Positions 31,501 to 39,600 of a stretch of 64,000 nucleotides of DNA are shown in pieces. Under the pieces are notes generated by a model that made no database searches, had not been told where the DNA came from, and saw only the letters and a list, made by a program, of their open reading frames with translations. Made by a program: the position numbers and the translations under genes. The DNA lies in NCBI GenBank assembly GCA_000092065.1, contig CP000592.1; one strand, written 5' to 3'. Position 1 is the stretch's first letter. Every line of letters begins with the position of its first letter. The DNA is from Ostreococcus lucimarinus. Lineage: Eukaryota.

Positions 31501-34500
31501 CGTCAGCTCGGTTGTTTGCATCTTCTTCGCGCATACTCCAAGGCACTTTCAGACGACGAATTGGCCGCTCCAGAGCTCAAGGATGTGCAATATGAAGCCG
31601 CATGGAGAGCGGGTCAATGGACGCTGCCGGCTGCGGTTACGCGCACGCAAAATTCGGGCGTTGTAGATTTCAATCAGAATCTTCATTCGTCGTTGCGAGC
31701 GCTCGAACGAGGTGATGTAGGCTGTGCGATATATGAGACCAATCGGTGTCGTGCGCAACTGCTGCAAAATGTCATAAGTGGTGCCGCAGAATCGGCTGAC
31801 GCGATGAATATAACGATCATGCGCATGCGCATGCTCGACGACGTCACCGATGCGGCGAAATTATGGCGTCACTTCATGGGTAACAACATCGACGCGATGC
31901 AAACTGCTACCAAAAGTTTGAGCGATTCCTGGCAGATGAGACACGTGAAAGATGGTCCGTTTAAGCTCATCGAACCATCACTCGCGCTGCAAGGCGTTCT
32001 TTTACGGTTGGCTGGGTTGAGTGAAAATTTTGCACAGCACACAACTCGTACGTCGATACTGGCGCGCAAAGCAGGGCACATCACCGAAGGCGTTCAAGCC
32101 ATTCGCGCATTACGAATAATGGCGAGTCGTCTATCGTCAATTTTGCCCGGAAAGCCTCTACCAAACTTGATTCTTTCCAGGACGGCGCCGTGGCGAGTCG
32201 AAGAAGCTAAGCTGTTGTGGGCCGAGGGAAAGGCTGAATCCTCCATCGCCATCGTCAATTCCATCGTGCAACTCATGCTTCCCGGGCAAGCGTCCTACGT
32301 CACGAACTCGAAGACTGGAACTCCGACAGAAGAAGTAGGCGTGACAGAGCCGGAAGCAAATCCAGACGCTCGATTCTTTGAACTTCTTTGTTTATTGTCG
32401 AAGTGGCAGGCGAGCGCACGCACTGAGTCTAGCAAGGTGATTTTACGCAGACTCTTGGATGGCGTCAACGGTTTGACAATGGCGTATAGAAAAGGCCTGC
32501 TCGACAAGACGGGTAAGAAAATCACTAGGGGTAGTCGCGGTCAAAACGTCGTGGTGTACACCAAAGACGGGATCAATCCCGTTACGCAGCTCAGATTGCT
32601 GAGTCGCGCTCATTTCCGTTTGGCCCAATTCACCGATTCGCAGTATCGACAACTCGAAGAACGCATGAATTCTCCAGAATGGATTCGTTCCGAAGCCTTG
32701 CGACAACGCAATGAAAACGAATTGACGCATCTCAAAAGCGAGCGAGAGGTGAATAGAAACGCCCTTCGCTCTAAAAAGAAGGGAAGTGCAGCGTACAACG
32801 AGCTCGCAAAAGCGATTCATAGTATGAACGCTCGATGTGGTCCACTGGAGATGCAAGTTTTGAACGATCAAAACGAAACCGTGAGCATGTACAACGAACA
32901 CACGAGTTCGCTTATTTCCGCATTGCAAGCTTACAGACGGTCTCTTGAAGCTGGTGGGTGGAATTCTCAGAAAAGCATTTTTAGAATGATCGCGCTTTGG
33001 TTTACGCATTGCGGCGGCGGAAGTAATCGTTCGAGAAGCAAAATGGAAACACTCAAGGTGATCAAAGCAGTGAATGCTGAGCTTGAAAAGCTCATCAACC
33101 GCCCCACAATTCCAAGCTACGTTTTTGTCGAGTTGTCTCATCAAATAGTCAGTCGCCTCGGCTCGCCGTGTGCTCCGGAGAACGATTTCATCAAGGTGCT
33201 TGAACAACTGGTGTTGCGCATCATGAGAGATCACCCGTATCACGTGCTGTATCAAATACAAGCGTTGACGCGGGGTGATCGCGTTGCGCGCGCGGGCGTC
33301 TGCGCGACAAATGAAAAGATCGTCGCGGCAAAACGATTACTTGAAACTTACAGTTCGGAATCGAATGATCGAAAATTGATGTTGTCGCAAATGGAACGCT
33401 TGATCGAAGCATACATTCACATCGCTCAGTTGAAGTTACCTCAAGACGAAAGCCTCGTTTTTCATCCTCTTCCAAACGATGTGAAAAAGCGAGCCTTGTG
33501 CAACTTGAAGATGATCCCAGTACCCACGGCACCGATGGCAGTAGATCCGGCGTGCAAGTACCCAGACGGAAGTTTCCCGTACTTTCTTCACTTCGCCGAC
33601 AGCACGCGCTTGGTGGGCGGCATCAATGAGCCGAAGCTTTTGGGCTGTCACGGATCCGATGGTCAGGTGTATCGACAGCTGGCGAAAAGTGGAAACGATG
33701 ACTTACGTCAGGACGCTGTGATTCAGCAGTTTTTCGGGCTCGTGAACACTTTGCTGAAGCAAAATACGAGTACAAATTCGCGCAGCATGCGAATTCGCAC
33801 TTACAAAGTCATTCCGTTTTCTCCCGAGGCTGGTCTTCTCGAATGGGTGGACGAAACCGTTTTACTTTCGAACTATCTTATTCGCGACAAGAAGGGCGCG
33901 CACGAGCGTTATCGACCTCACGATATGAAATCCAGGGATATCTCGCAGATGATGCGAGATGCAGTGACAGCTGAAGCGCAACACAAGATGTACGAAGAAG
34001 TGTGCGAAAACTTTAAACCGGTCATGCACAACTTTTTCCTGGAACATTACCCAGACCCGAGCAATTGGTTCGAACGTCGCGTTGCATACTCGAGATCATG
34101 CGCGGTGAACTCCATCGTCGGCTACGTCATCGGCCTTGGCGATCGACACAGCAGCAATATCATGATTGACAAATGGACCGCCGAATTCATCCACATCGAT
34201 TTTGGCGTCACGTTTGAGCAAGGCTTGACGCTAAAGACTCCCGAACGCGTTCCATTCCGTCTGACGCGCGATATCGTCGATGGTATGGGCGCGTGTGGCG
34301 TCGAAGGCATCATGCGCCGGTGCTGCGAAGAAACTATGAAGGTGCTTCGCTCAAACAGAGACGCCCTCACCACCATCATCGCCGTCCTCGTGCACGACCC
34401 CATCTTAAAGTGGGCCGTCGGAGGTCGTCGTCAAAACGCGAACATCTTCAGGACCACTACGATGTTCGGTACGATCGCCTACGCCCTCAATCCCGACCGC

Positions 34501-34689
34501 GAGGTCGTCCCCAGCGACGAAGGCAACCTCGACGCCGAACGCGCTCTCATGCGCGTCAAACAAAAACTCGACGGTTACGAAGACGGCGAGCTCCGCTCCA
34601 TCGAAGGTCAGGTCCAACAACTCCTCCACGACGCCCGCGATCCACACAAATTGGCAGTCATGTACGCCGGCTGGGCACCGTGGGTGTAA
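25576..34689 (+). CDS. ATM: ATM (ataxia telangiectasia mutated) serine/threonine kinase, main exon, ~3,037 codons, uninterrupted.
   Basis: The kinase and FATC regions are near-colinear with human ATM: GSDGQVYRQLAKSGNDDLRQDAVIQQFFGLVNTLL, GAHERYRPHDM, GYVIGLGDRHSSNIMIDKWTAEFIHIDFGVTFEQG, VPFRLTRDIVDGMGACGVEGIMRRCCEETMKVLR. The C-terminus is ...YAGWAPWV (human ...FPGWKAWV). FAT blocks match too: LYGLLRS...HEGHWDRALAGYDL, FRMIALWFTHCGG, HPYHVLYQIQALTRGDR. Confidence 0.9.
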   Translation, partial: DGIKTLLLHLQSSDFVKQLDSGTRAYDSTGSGDVQRTWAGLISSVMVCVTSELEDEKRVVDKNATSLLRKLVTAAEGRKKTNGLSAPLIRRAGKIFTHVLYVLQTGDVNFVVDYVHVLRTNLLVAPEYCSRAKQSVFEGLIEYFASNLASYRGEVINGEKKEERYRGAAAFNLLLRNCPFDLSTNAVNGLFEVFKEIFRDMHEDGRTPAMLVSAMNSFLLKTSLDVSSRMTSLHESVVPYLSWALKGNARDKRLKEELIKYCHLHVNLDVVSDGGAEFLVELLARQIDEIGSDRSVGGDNAERFEVKLPQKLLFELFADLVMVLKQQKSFAGVCLYDGERTPKRARGNEKPVERILSKILNDSGCWSAVFCLLLKRHSAALTKEELASCAKRLLHALSEMFSQGSMSDMKALAHAIWLIRCLQEIAGTMHNETLPLWTDVTNCLVYWLPAHLSDVRLTNDVLLLFAAMISHRLVHPSLLRQKFWLLTIFDFADIPSLATLELVGAVASIGLCDHVLAGRSYDSYFKWLIRGLSQKNDDRMSFYGRRANVTSSYDLALLRVQSAIQNSFIAGSHKPWVDDVTRRAWLEVPDEEHLEFLRGVEDLHLVAKPFATLKLEFRDAAERKEDDGAKRINTKELSMDPEVHRVGTDCLEHAMTNASTSEDAMRLCTIALGIIGAVASVGRSSRSVQSLDWGVSGSLIRTVKHTISTALEYDTMVMLNAKTSVLETIPILAGALEQIQQAAGLGASLEATSHKLVKVLTEMTKDFLKIIRDALQGNGSVPASARQSQEAVQFGDDLDFEMADATLSETQRSNTSQMATTSGSNERETTIACGEQVIRKILRCFKSMSVVVPSTVTTSTSMLLRYAVPPEGAPPRGPCGIGVSQDIAELVVDFVGLADTEYLIDHLVPCLQAVARGQVNLDENTGLTSSARLWLLHQITVLCHGICRLKLNASNYPSTTQGTMPSNIHEVLADLVSRAAGILDGEAPAALRNCVARAKLADCIFSLFKLNIDYFQPRFGSSLAWLLGDESYLVRIHAGSAIASILDFYEEADHTSIFQNTVVPGLAIKCQFLPNGSLNIGDGEIAETEAEWSSLHFISAVGVVSRVLEPWCTYIIVHHRARHGERVQIPAINALKYLAEATGHTSLESFVAYHSRTIGKLWIDSGAPLSMLFQVPEFLGLSQSAERESVAIHLKRSLLPALIYEQDRDGLKTLTSTCGMAHKFKQMIQGDWDAIYARLYASAVKSNPDRKAIQALTYANSMVKNNGGWNSKHPSVQIQILFELLLLARDPVSPPYSRSSDIVEVVGKFMDEKDLNIRWDVNIIFQCMLRIHEAVDMATSSRHKLKTLNALKVLLLCIGDERVRSPSIFRYVYFMLIPNINDHTIGTQCIQVLVNLTLNAYDDLRQADDAESELALAMESFIMPLMFVLSSVVESKSSPNAQRNEALKLLTAIVTNPPMLIHHALCVLPPLPDVPMLSEVRSILSVAFEKPSFDIRLMSLVKKAPTLPKALSRVALRAGGLEALQHKTELAQMYGQNESSSIPENVWKFAELVSPLGDTELFAIAAELLSLLGPLRPNTLAFITPEMKLPIDSKHIKVGLTEAGTFVFDVLKYLSGLLCSPMSSTVRAAATTIQSLLMVKKAALVMDKMSKIDKAYLLPFEHPSLRLVPESVSATNNVTDAYALDDERLWTVNENGSETKYEEWICRLSHRLISEFKPHTKSKNDPQFSLTVFELLGPLMISDAVLAELVFPPILYEITSARGNLSIPANREVRDRLSRGVSICLSRANLPEGKKAAKFMLRALDYLRGKRMRAFRMVDALPQDDSKVSAVQRKVPRGVEATQWEKVYWLNVDYLVVAQAAIRLQAPLTATLLVEHWLEDKTGTVSLNAMDSQGQTSDAVPPYLTLLLEAQSKLSEPDGLYGLLRSNSLELQLHLSEHEGHWDRALAGYDLLQSDVENNMNGGMASSRVPMLNALRQLGCLHLLRAYSKALSDDELAAPELKDVQYEAAWRAGQWTLPAAVTRTQNSGVVDFNQNLHSSLRALERGDVGCAIYETNRCRAQLLQNVISGAAESADAMNITIMRMRMLDDVTDAAKLWRHFMGNNIDAMQTATKSLSDSWQMRHVKDGPFKLIEPSLALQGVLLRLAGLSENFAQHTTRTSILARKAGHITEGVQAIRALRIMASRLSSILPGKPLPNLILSRTAPWRVEEAKLLWAEGKAESSIAIVNSIVQLMLPGQASYVTNSKTGTPTEEVGVTEPEANPDARFFELLCLLSKWQASARTESSKVILRRLLDGVNGLTMAYRKGLLDKTGKKITRGSRGQNVVVYTKDGINPVTQLRLLSRAHFRLAQFTDSQYRQLEERMNSPEWIRSEALRQRNENELTHLKSEREVNRNALRSKKKGSAAYNELAKAIHSMNARCGPLEMQVLNDQNETVSMYNEHTSSLISALQAYRRSLEAGGWNSQKSIFRMIALWFTHCGGGSNRSRSKMETLKVIKAVNAELEKLINRPTIPSYVFVELSHQIVSRLGSPCAPENDFIKVLEQLVLRIMRDHPYHVLYQIQALTRGDRVARAGVCATNEKIVAAKRLLETYSSESNDRKLMLSQMERLIEAYIHIAQLKLPQDESLVFHPLPNDVKKRALCNLKMIPVPTAPMAVDPACKYPDGSFPYFLHFADSTRLVGGINEPKLLGCHGSDGQVYRQLAKSGNDDLRQDAVIQQFFGLVNTLLKQNTSTNSRSMRIRTYKVIPFSPEAGLLEWVDETVLLSNYLIRDKKGAHERYRPHDMKSRDISQMMRDAVTAEAQHKMYEEVCENFKPVMHNFFLEHYPDPSNWFERRVAYSRSCAVNSIVGYVIGLGDRHSSNIMIDKWTAEFIHIDFGVTFEQGLTLKTPERVPFRLTRDIVDGMGACGVEGIMRRCCEETMKVLRSNRDALTTIIAVLVHDPILKWAVGGRRQNANIFRTTTMFGTIAYALNPDREVVPSDEGNLDAERALMRVKQKLDGYEDGELRSIEGQVQQLLHDARDPHKLAVMYAGWAPWV

Positions 34690-34806
34690 TTGATCCGATA
34701 GTACACGAATCCATCGTTGTCTTCGTTAAAGTGTCATGAAAAGATTAGAAATGACGTCAGCGCGTCGTCATCGCGTCGCCACACTCGCACTCGCAAACCA
34801 CGTACC

Positions 34807-35535
34807 ATGCTCGCACTCGCTTCCACCACCGCCGTCGTCGCGCGCCGGAAAACGATCGTCGCGAGCGCGGCTTCGTCCGCGTCCGCGCCCGCGCGCGTCG
34901 TCCTCGCGGCGTCGTCGACGTCGACGTCGTCGGCGCTCACGGGGACATCCGATGCCGCGCGGGACATCGCCGCCACGGCGTCCACGAGCGCGCACGGAGG
35001 CCGACGCGGAGCGCTCATGGCGATCGGCGCGCTCGCACTCGCGATGACGACGGATGCGCCGCGCGCGGAGGCGTCCTCGGATCGACCGTTCAAGGAAGTC
35101 TGCGACCCGACGGCGGACGGCGCCGACTGCCGAGCTAGAATTTTGGCGCAAGACGCCGTGAGCGCGGACACGTACGACAGCAAGAAGAACACGTTCAAAG
35201 CGGCGAATGCGTCCACAAATCCGAATCTCACGACGTATCAAAGCGATACGCTGACGTTCTTGGAGGAGGTCGAGGCGCTGTTGGCCAAGGACGTCTACGA
35301 CCCGACGCGCGAAAAAGCCATCGCGGTGTTTCAAAAGAAATCCAACGATTGGTCCGGGAAGTACGCCCCGGGCGGAAGCTCGAAGATGGCGTCGGGGCGC
35401 GCGTTTTATAACGCGCTGAACCAACTCGCGGGGCATTTTTCCTTCAACGGCTTGGCGCCGTTGCCGAAGAGTCGACTCGAAGTCGTGGAGACGAACATCG
35501 CGAAGACGCGCGAGCTCATCGCCGAGGGTCGTTAA
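34807..35535 (+). CDS. PSB27: Photosystem II repair/assembly factor Psb27, with a bipartite chloroplast-transit plus thylakoid-lumen signal.
   Basis: The C-terminal domain ...RAFYNALNQLAGHFSFNGLAPLPKSRLEVVETNIAKTRELIAEGR matches the Psb27 signature (ALNSLAGHY..G...PLP). The N-terminus has a Ser/Thr/Ala-rich presequence, then a hydrophobic ALMAIGALALAMTTDAPRAEA with an AxA cleavage-site look. The ORF-track start at 34717 is TTG, and the first ATG is at 34807. Confidence 0.65.
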   Translation: MLALASTTAVVARRKTIVASAASSASAPARVVLAASSTSTSSALTGTSDAARDIAATASTSAHGGRRGALMAIGALALAMTTDAPRAEASSDRPFKEVCDPTADGADCRARILAQDAVSADTYDSKKNTFKAANASTNPNLTTYQSDTLTFLEEVEALLAKDVYDPTREKAIAVFQKKSNDWSGKYAPGGSSKMASGRAFYNALNQLAGHFSFNGLAPLPKSRLEVVETNIAKTRELIAEGR

Positions 35536-36023
35536 CTCGCGTTATTGAATATATTTGTATTGTCATCGCTCGGTTAACACGCTAGTTCCATCCTTCGTTC
35601 GCTTTCGCCCGTCTCGCGCCTCTCGCGCCTCTCGCGCCTCTCTCCTTGGCTCTGAGTGCACTCAAAAAAGCCACGCCGCACTTCTGCGCGCGCATGTTGC
35701 GGCGTCCACCGACGCGCATCGAGCTTAAAACGGAGGATAAAGAAGAGGTACGCGCGACGTCGACTCGGTGCGAACGAACGCGAGCGAGCGCCGCCCGAGC
35801 GCGACGACTGACGATGAAGAACCAAAGTTTGAACAACTCCGACGAGATTACTTAAAGTCGCGTGAACGCGGCGCCGAGGGAGCGACGCGCGCGGACGCGG
35901 ACGCGATTCGACGACTGGAGCGCGAGCGCGAGCGCGCGCGAAGACTTGGGCTCGATCGCGCGGTGCACGACGTGGAAGAGGACGGGAACTAATCGCTTAG
36001 TTGGTCGGTTGCGCGGGGCAAAC

Positions 36024-36707
36024 ATGGCGCGACCGCTCGTCGTCGTCGGACCGTCCGGCGTGGGGAAAGGGACGCTGATCGCGATGCTTCAGCGAGAGTT
36101 TCCCGATAAATTCGGGTTCTCGGTGAGTCACACGACGCGGTCGCCTCGACCGGGAGAGGTGCACGGAACGCATTATAATTTCGTCGACAAGTCGACGATG
36201 GAGCGAGACATCGAGAATGGAAAGTTTTTAGAGTACGCGCACGTGCATCAGAATATCTACGGCACCTCGTTCGCGGCGGTGAAAACCGTGACGAAAAGTG
36301 GAAGGATCTGCCTGCTCGACATCGACGTCCAAGGGGCAGAGTTAGTGAAGAAATCCGATTTGAACGCCGCATACGTCTTCATAGCGCCGCCGTCGATGGA
36401 GGAACTCGAACGCCGTCTTCGCGGTCGAGGCACAGAGAGCGAAGACGCCGTGTTGAAGCGTCTCGAAAACGCTCGTAACGAAATGGCGAAAAAAGACGTT
36501 GAGGGCTTCTTCGACGCCGTCATCGTGAACGACGACGTGGACAAGGCGTACGAGGCTTTAAAATCTGTCATCGCCGCCCACGTGGAAACCGGCGCGTCCT
36601 CTGCGTCCTCTCGCGACGCCGTCTTAAAGTACGGTCCCTCCGCGTTCGCCATCGCGTGCGCCATCGCCATCGCCGCGAGAGTTTTCATCAACAAGGGCGG
36701 TCCTTAG
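36024..36707 (+). CDS. GUK1: Guanylate kinase (GMP kinase).
   Basis: VVVGPSGVGKGTL (P-loop), FSVSHTTRSPRPGEVHGTHYNFV, EYAHVHQNIYGTS and LLDIDVQGA are canonical GUK blocks. The ORF-track start at 35862 is GTG, and the ATG is at 36024. The C-terminal 25 aa are hydrophobic (FAIACAIAIAARVF). Confidence 0.85.
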   Translation: MARPLVVVGPSGVGKGTLIAMLQREFPDKFGFSVSHTTRSPRPGEVHGTHYNFVDKSTMERDIENGKFLEYAHVHQNIYGTSFAAVKTVTKSGRICLLDIDVQGAELVKKSDLNAAYVFIAPPSMEELERRLRGRGTESEDAVLKRLENARNEMAKKDVEGFFDAVIVNDDVDKAYEALKSVIAAHVETGASSASSRDAVLKYGPSAFAIACAIAIAARVFINKGGP

Positions 36708-36844
36708 TCGTGCAACCAACCAAACTGTCGTTTCGCAAACGTTTCGCGCGCGCGTCCCGAAATTCCACCTGTCCACTTGATTCCTCACCCCTCTCGCGCC
36801 GCACACGCCGCCGCTCGCCGCTCGCGCCACCGACGCCGCGTCGA

Positions 36845-37030
36845 GCGCGCAAGATGTGGCTCTTCAAGAAACAAAAGACTCCGCAGGAGCTGTTGCGCGA
36901 GAACAAGCGCATGCTCGACAGATCCATTCGAGAAATCGATCGCGAACGGTCAGCCATGATGTCGCAAGAAAAGAAGCTCATAGCGGAGATTAAGCGCGTG
37001 GCCAAGGCGAATCAGATGGGCGCGGTGAAG
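36845..37030 (+). CDS. CHMP2A: ESCRT-III subunit CHMP2/VPS2, exon 1. The intron is 37031-37181, GTGCGC..TAG, 151 bp.
   Basis: MWLFKKQKTPQELLRENKRMLDRSIREIDRERSAMMSQEKKLIAEIKRVAKANQMGAVK is colinear with human CHMP2A residues 1-62. Confidence 0.8.
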
Positions 37031-37181
37031 GTGCGCGCGTGGACGATCGTGCGCGAGGGCGAAAACGCGCGGTGTCGGCGCGATGATGCGTTGGAGGGGA
37101 TGAAGGTGGAAGCGCGACGCGGCGGTCGGAATTGACCACGGCGACTGACGGAACGAAACGAACGTGCGTCGCGCGATGTAG

Positions 37182-37691
37182 GTGATGGCGAAGGATTTAG
37201 TGCGCACGAGACACTCGATAACGAAGTTCTATGCGCTTAAATCCCAGTTGCAAGGGGTGTCGCTGCGAATGCAAACGTTGAAGAGCTCGCAGGCTATGGC
37301 GGACGCGATGCGAGGCGTGACGACGGCGATGAAGTCGATGAACACCAAACTGAATTTACCCTCGTTGCAAAATATATTGAAGGAGTTTGAGCGACAGAAT
37401 GAAAAGATGGAGATGACGACAGAGGTGATGGGGGACGCAATCGACGATGCGTTCGAGGGTGAGGATGAAGAGGAGGAGACGGATGAACTCGTGAACGCGG
37501 TGTTGGACGAACTGGGATGCAACGTCGGGGCGGAATTAATCTCGGCGCCCGCGGGTAAGGTTGGCGCCGCCGTCGATGCCGAACGAGTGGCGCCAACCGC
37601 GGTCCTAGAGGGTGGTTCGGCTGAGCCCGCGACCGGGGGTGGCGGGCTTGACGACGATTTACAGGCGCGCCTCGACGCTCTTCGCAAGTGA
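37182..37691 (+). CDS. CHMP2A: CHMP2/VPS2, exon 2 (through the stop).
   Basis: VMAKDLVRTRHSITKFYALKSQLQGVSLRMQTLKSSQAMADAMRGVTTAMKSMN...AIDDAFEGEDEEEETDELVNAVLDELG...LQARLDALRK matches human CHMP2A (IMAKDLVRTRRYVRKF...). The phase-0 junction AVK|VMAKDL reproduces the human AVR-IMAKDL. Confidence 0.8.
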   Translation: MMAKDLVRTRHSITKFYALKSQLQGVSLRMQTLKSSQAMADAMRGVTTAMKSMNTKLNLPSLQNILKEFERQNEKMEMTTEVMGDAIDDAFEGEDEEEETDELVNAVLDELGCNVGAELISAPAGKVGAAVDAERVAPTAVLEGGSAEPATGGGGLDDDLQARLDALRK

Positions 37692-37758
37692 GCAGTAAAA
37701 TCATTGTTTGTACACCAGTTACATAGGTTCGTTTCGTGCGGCAAGCTAATATCGTCCC

Positions 37759-39129
37759 CTACTCCACTTCTGCGAGGATCTTCTTTTTGCGCGCGGGTTT
37801 GAATTCCTTCTTCTCCGCGCCAGGCGCGGCGTGCGCGACGCGACGTTTCGCCTTGCGAGTCTCGGCTTCTTGCATCGTCCGCCGCAACTTGGTTTGCTTG
37901 TGAATAGCCTTGGGTACGTGATGGTGATTCGCAATGCGCCTGATTTCGGGCATGTGCTTAAAACGGTCCTTTAAAGACGCGTTATACGCGTGCTTGCGCT
38001 TTTCACGAGCCGAGAGCGTGCCCATTTGCGCGCTCGCGTCCGCCTTCCAACACCTCACGTTCATGTCGTCCGAGGCGCTGAAGACGTACGAACCATCCAT
38101 CGAAAAGCGCGTACAGAACACGCGCTGCATGCGTTTGGTGTGGTAGCAATCTTTAGAGTGTCCAGCGTTGTAATCAAACATGCGCACGGTTCTGTCATAA
38201 CTCCCCGCCACGAATTCCCGACCCGTGGGCGAGTAATCGATATCCATCACGGCGCTCACGAAATCCTTATGAACGCACGTCGCGATATCCAGCTTTCGCA
38301 TGTCGTACGAGTATAAGTTGGTATCCTCGTTGGCAACGGTGAAATTAAACGCCTCCATCGGATTCCAGCACAGTTTGGTCGACTTTGTCTGCATGATGAT
38401 CTTCTTCAACGGCGTCTGCATTCGAACGTCGTACAACGCGATGGATCGATCCGACCCACACGACGCAAAAATATCCGTCTCCACCGGATTATATCGCACT
38501 GAAAGCACCGTATCGGAACCCCACTCGAACGTATGCAGCGCATGACTCCGTTCCATGCTCCACACCTGCACGTTCGCCCCCGCGGTGGCGAACTCCTTTT
38601 TCCCCCAGTGCGCGTCGCAGTCCCTAAAACCGTTGCTCTCGACGTACATCTCCGACGTCTCCAACACCGGAATCTTCCGCGTCGGATCGTTCATCTCCCC
38701 CATTCCCGCCTTCGGCATCGTCCACAACCGAATCGTCGCGTCGTCGCCGCACGACACCACCGCGCCGCCGTCGTTCGACGCGCTCACGCCTCGGCACGCC
38801 CCTCGATGTCCCTTCAGCACCCGCACCGTCTTCAGGCTCGGCACGTCCCACACTCGTATCTCTCCATCCGCCGCGCCGCTCACCAATTCCGTCAGCGACG
38901 CCGGCGACTTCGCCATGCACAGCACGCCGTCCGCGTGTCCGCTCATCTGTCCCGCGAACGGCTTCGCGAACACCTTGTCCAGCTTCGTCGCGTTCAGCGC
39001 GCGCTTGTACTCCGTCGCCCGTCCCATCGGCCGCAGCTCGGGCGCGAGATTTCGATGCACCCTGAGCGCGTCCGACTTTCGCTCGCGCGTGTAGTCCTCC
39101 TCGACGCGCGAGATGGTTTTTATCTTCAT
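37759..39129 (-). CDS. DCAF13: WD40 U3 snoRNP protein Sof1 / DCAF13.
   Basis: MKIKTISRVEEDYTRERKSD..RNLAPELRPMGRATEYKRALNATKLDKVFAKPF matches the Sof1 N-terminus, followed by WD repeats (GEIRVWD, TIRLW, VRMFD). The ORF track extends upstream through Arg-rich sequence. I place the start at MKIKTISR (ATG verified at 39127-39129). Confidence 0.8.
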   Translation of the reverse strand: MKIKTISRVEEDYTRERKSDALRVHRNLAPELRPMGRATEYKRALNATKLDKVFAKPFAGQMSGHADGVLCMAKSPASLTELVSGAADGEIRVWDVPSLKTVRVLKGHRGACRGVSASNDGGAVVSCGDDATIRLWTMPKAGMGEMNDPTRKIPVLETSEMYVESNGFRDCDAHWGKKEFATAGANVQVWSMERSHALHTFEWGSDTVLSVRYNPVETDIFASCGSDRSIALYDVRMQTPLKKIIMQTKSTKLCWNPMEAFNFTVANEDTNLYSYDMRKLDIATCVHKDFVSAVMDIDYSPTGREFVAGSYDRTVRMFDYNAGHSKDCYHTKRMQRVFCTRFSMDGSYVFSASDDMNVRCWKADASAQMGTLSAREKRKHAYNASLKDRFKHMPEIRRIANHHHVPKAIHKQTKLRRTMQEAETRKAKRRVAHAAPGAEKKEFKPARKKKILAEVE

Positions 39130-39600
39130 CGCGCCGCCGCCGCCGCCGCCGCCGCCGTCCCGGTCGCGCGCGCGTTCGAGCCGCGCGCGCGCGCTCGCGC
39201 GTTCGAGCCGCGCCGTCGCGCGCCGCCGAGGCGCGCGCGATCGTCCGTCGTCGTCTCGCGCGTCGCGTCGTCCCGCGTCGCGCTCTGCGCGCGCGCGCGT
39301 CACTCCGCGTCGCGTCGTCGATGCCGTTCGTGCACATCGCGTGGTGCGTTTCGCCGCGCCGCGCCGCGACGCGACCTCGACTGACGCCGCGCGCGCGCGT
39401 GCAGGTTACCCAAGGCGTGTCGCACGCCCGAAGCGCGCAAGGAGGTCGCGCGCGCGGTGATCAACGCGCTGGTGAGCGTCAAGAGCGCGGACATCAGCGC
39501 CGATAAGGTGGTCGTGCGATTCAGCGAAGCGGTCGACGGGTTCGCGCTGCCGCCGGGGCACACGCGCGAGAGCGTGGACGCCAAGTAAGGCGAAGGCGAG

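Noticed and set aside
39385-39590. Possible upstream coding exon of the DsbA-like gene ending in an apparent GTAAGG donor at 39585.
   Set aside because: The frame has no start codon. Its translation shows no thioredoxin motif. It is terminated by TAA at 39586-39588. The TGA read-through model explains the missing N-terminus far better.
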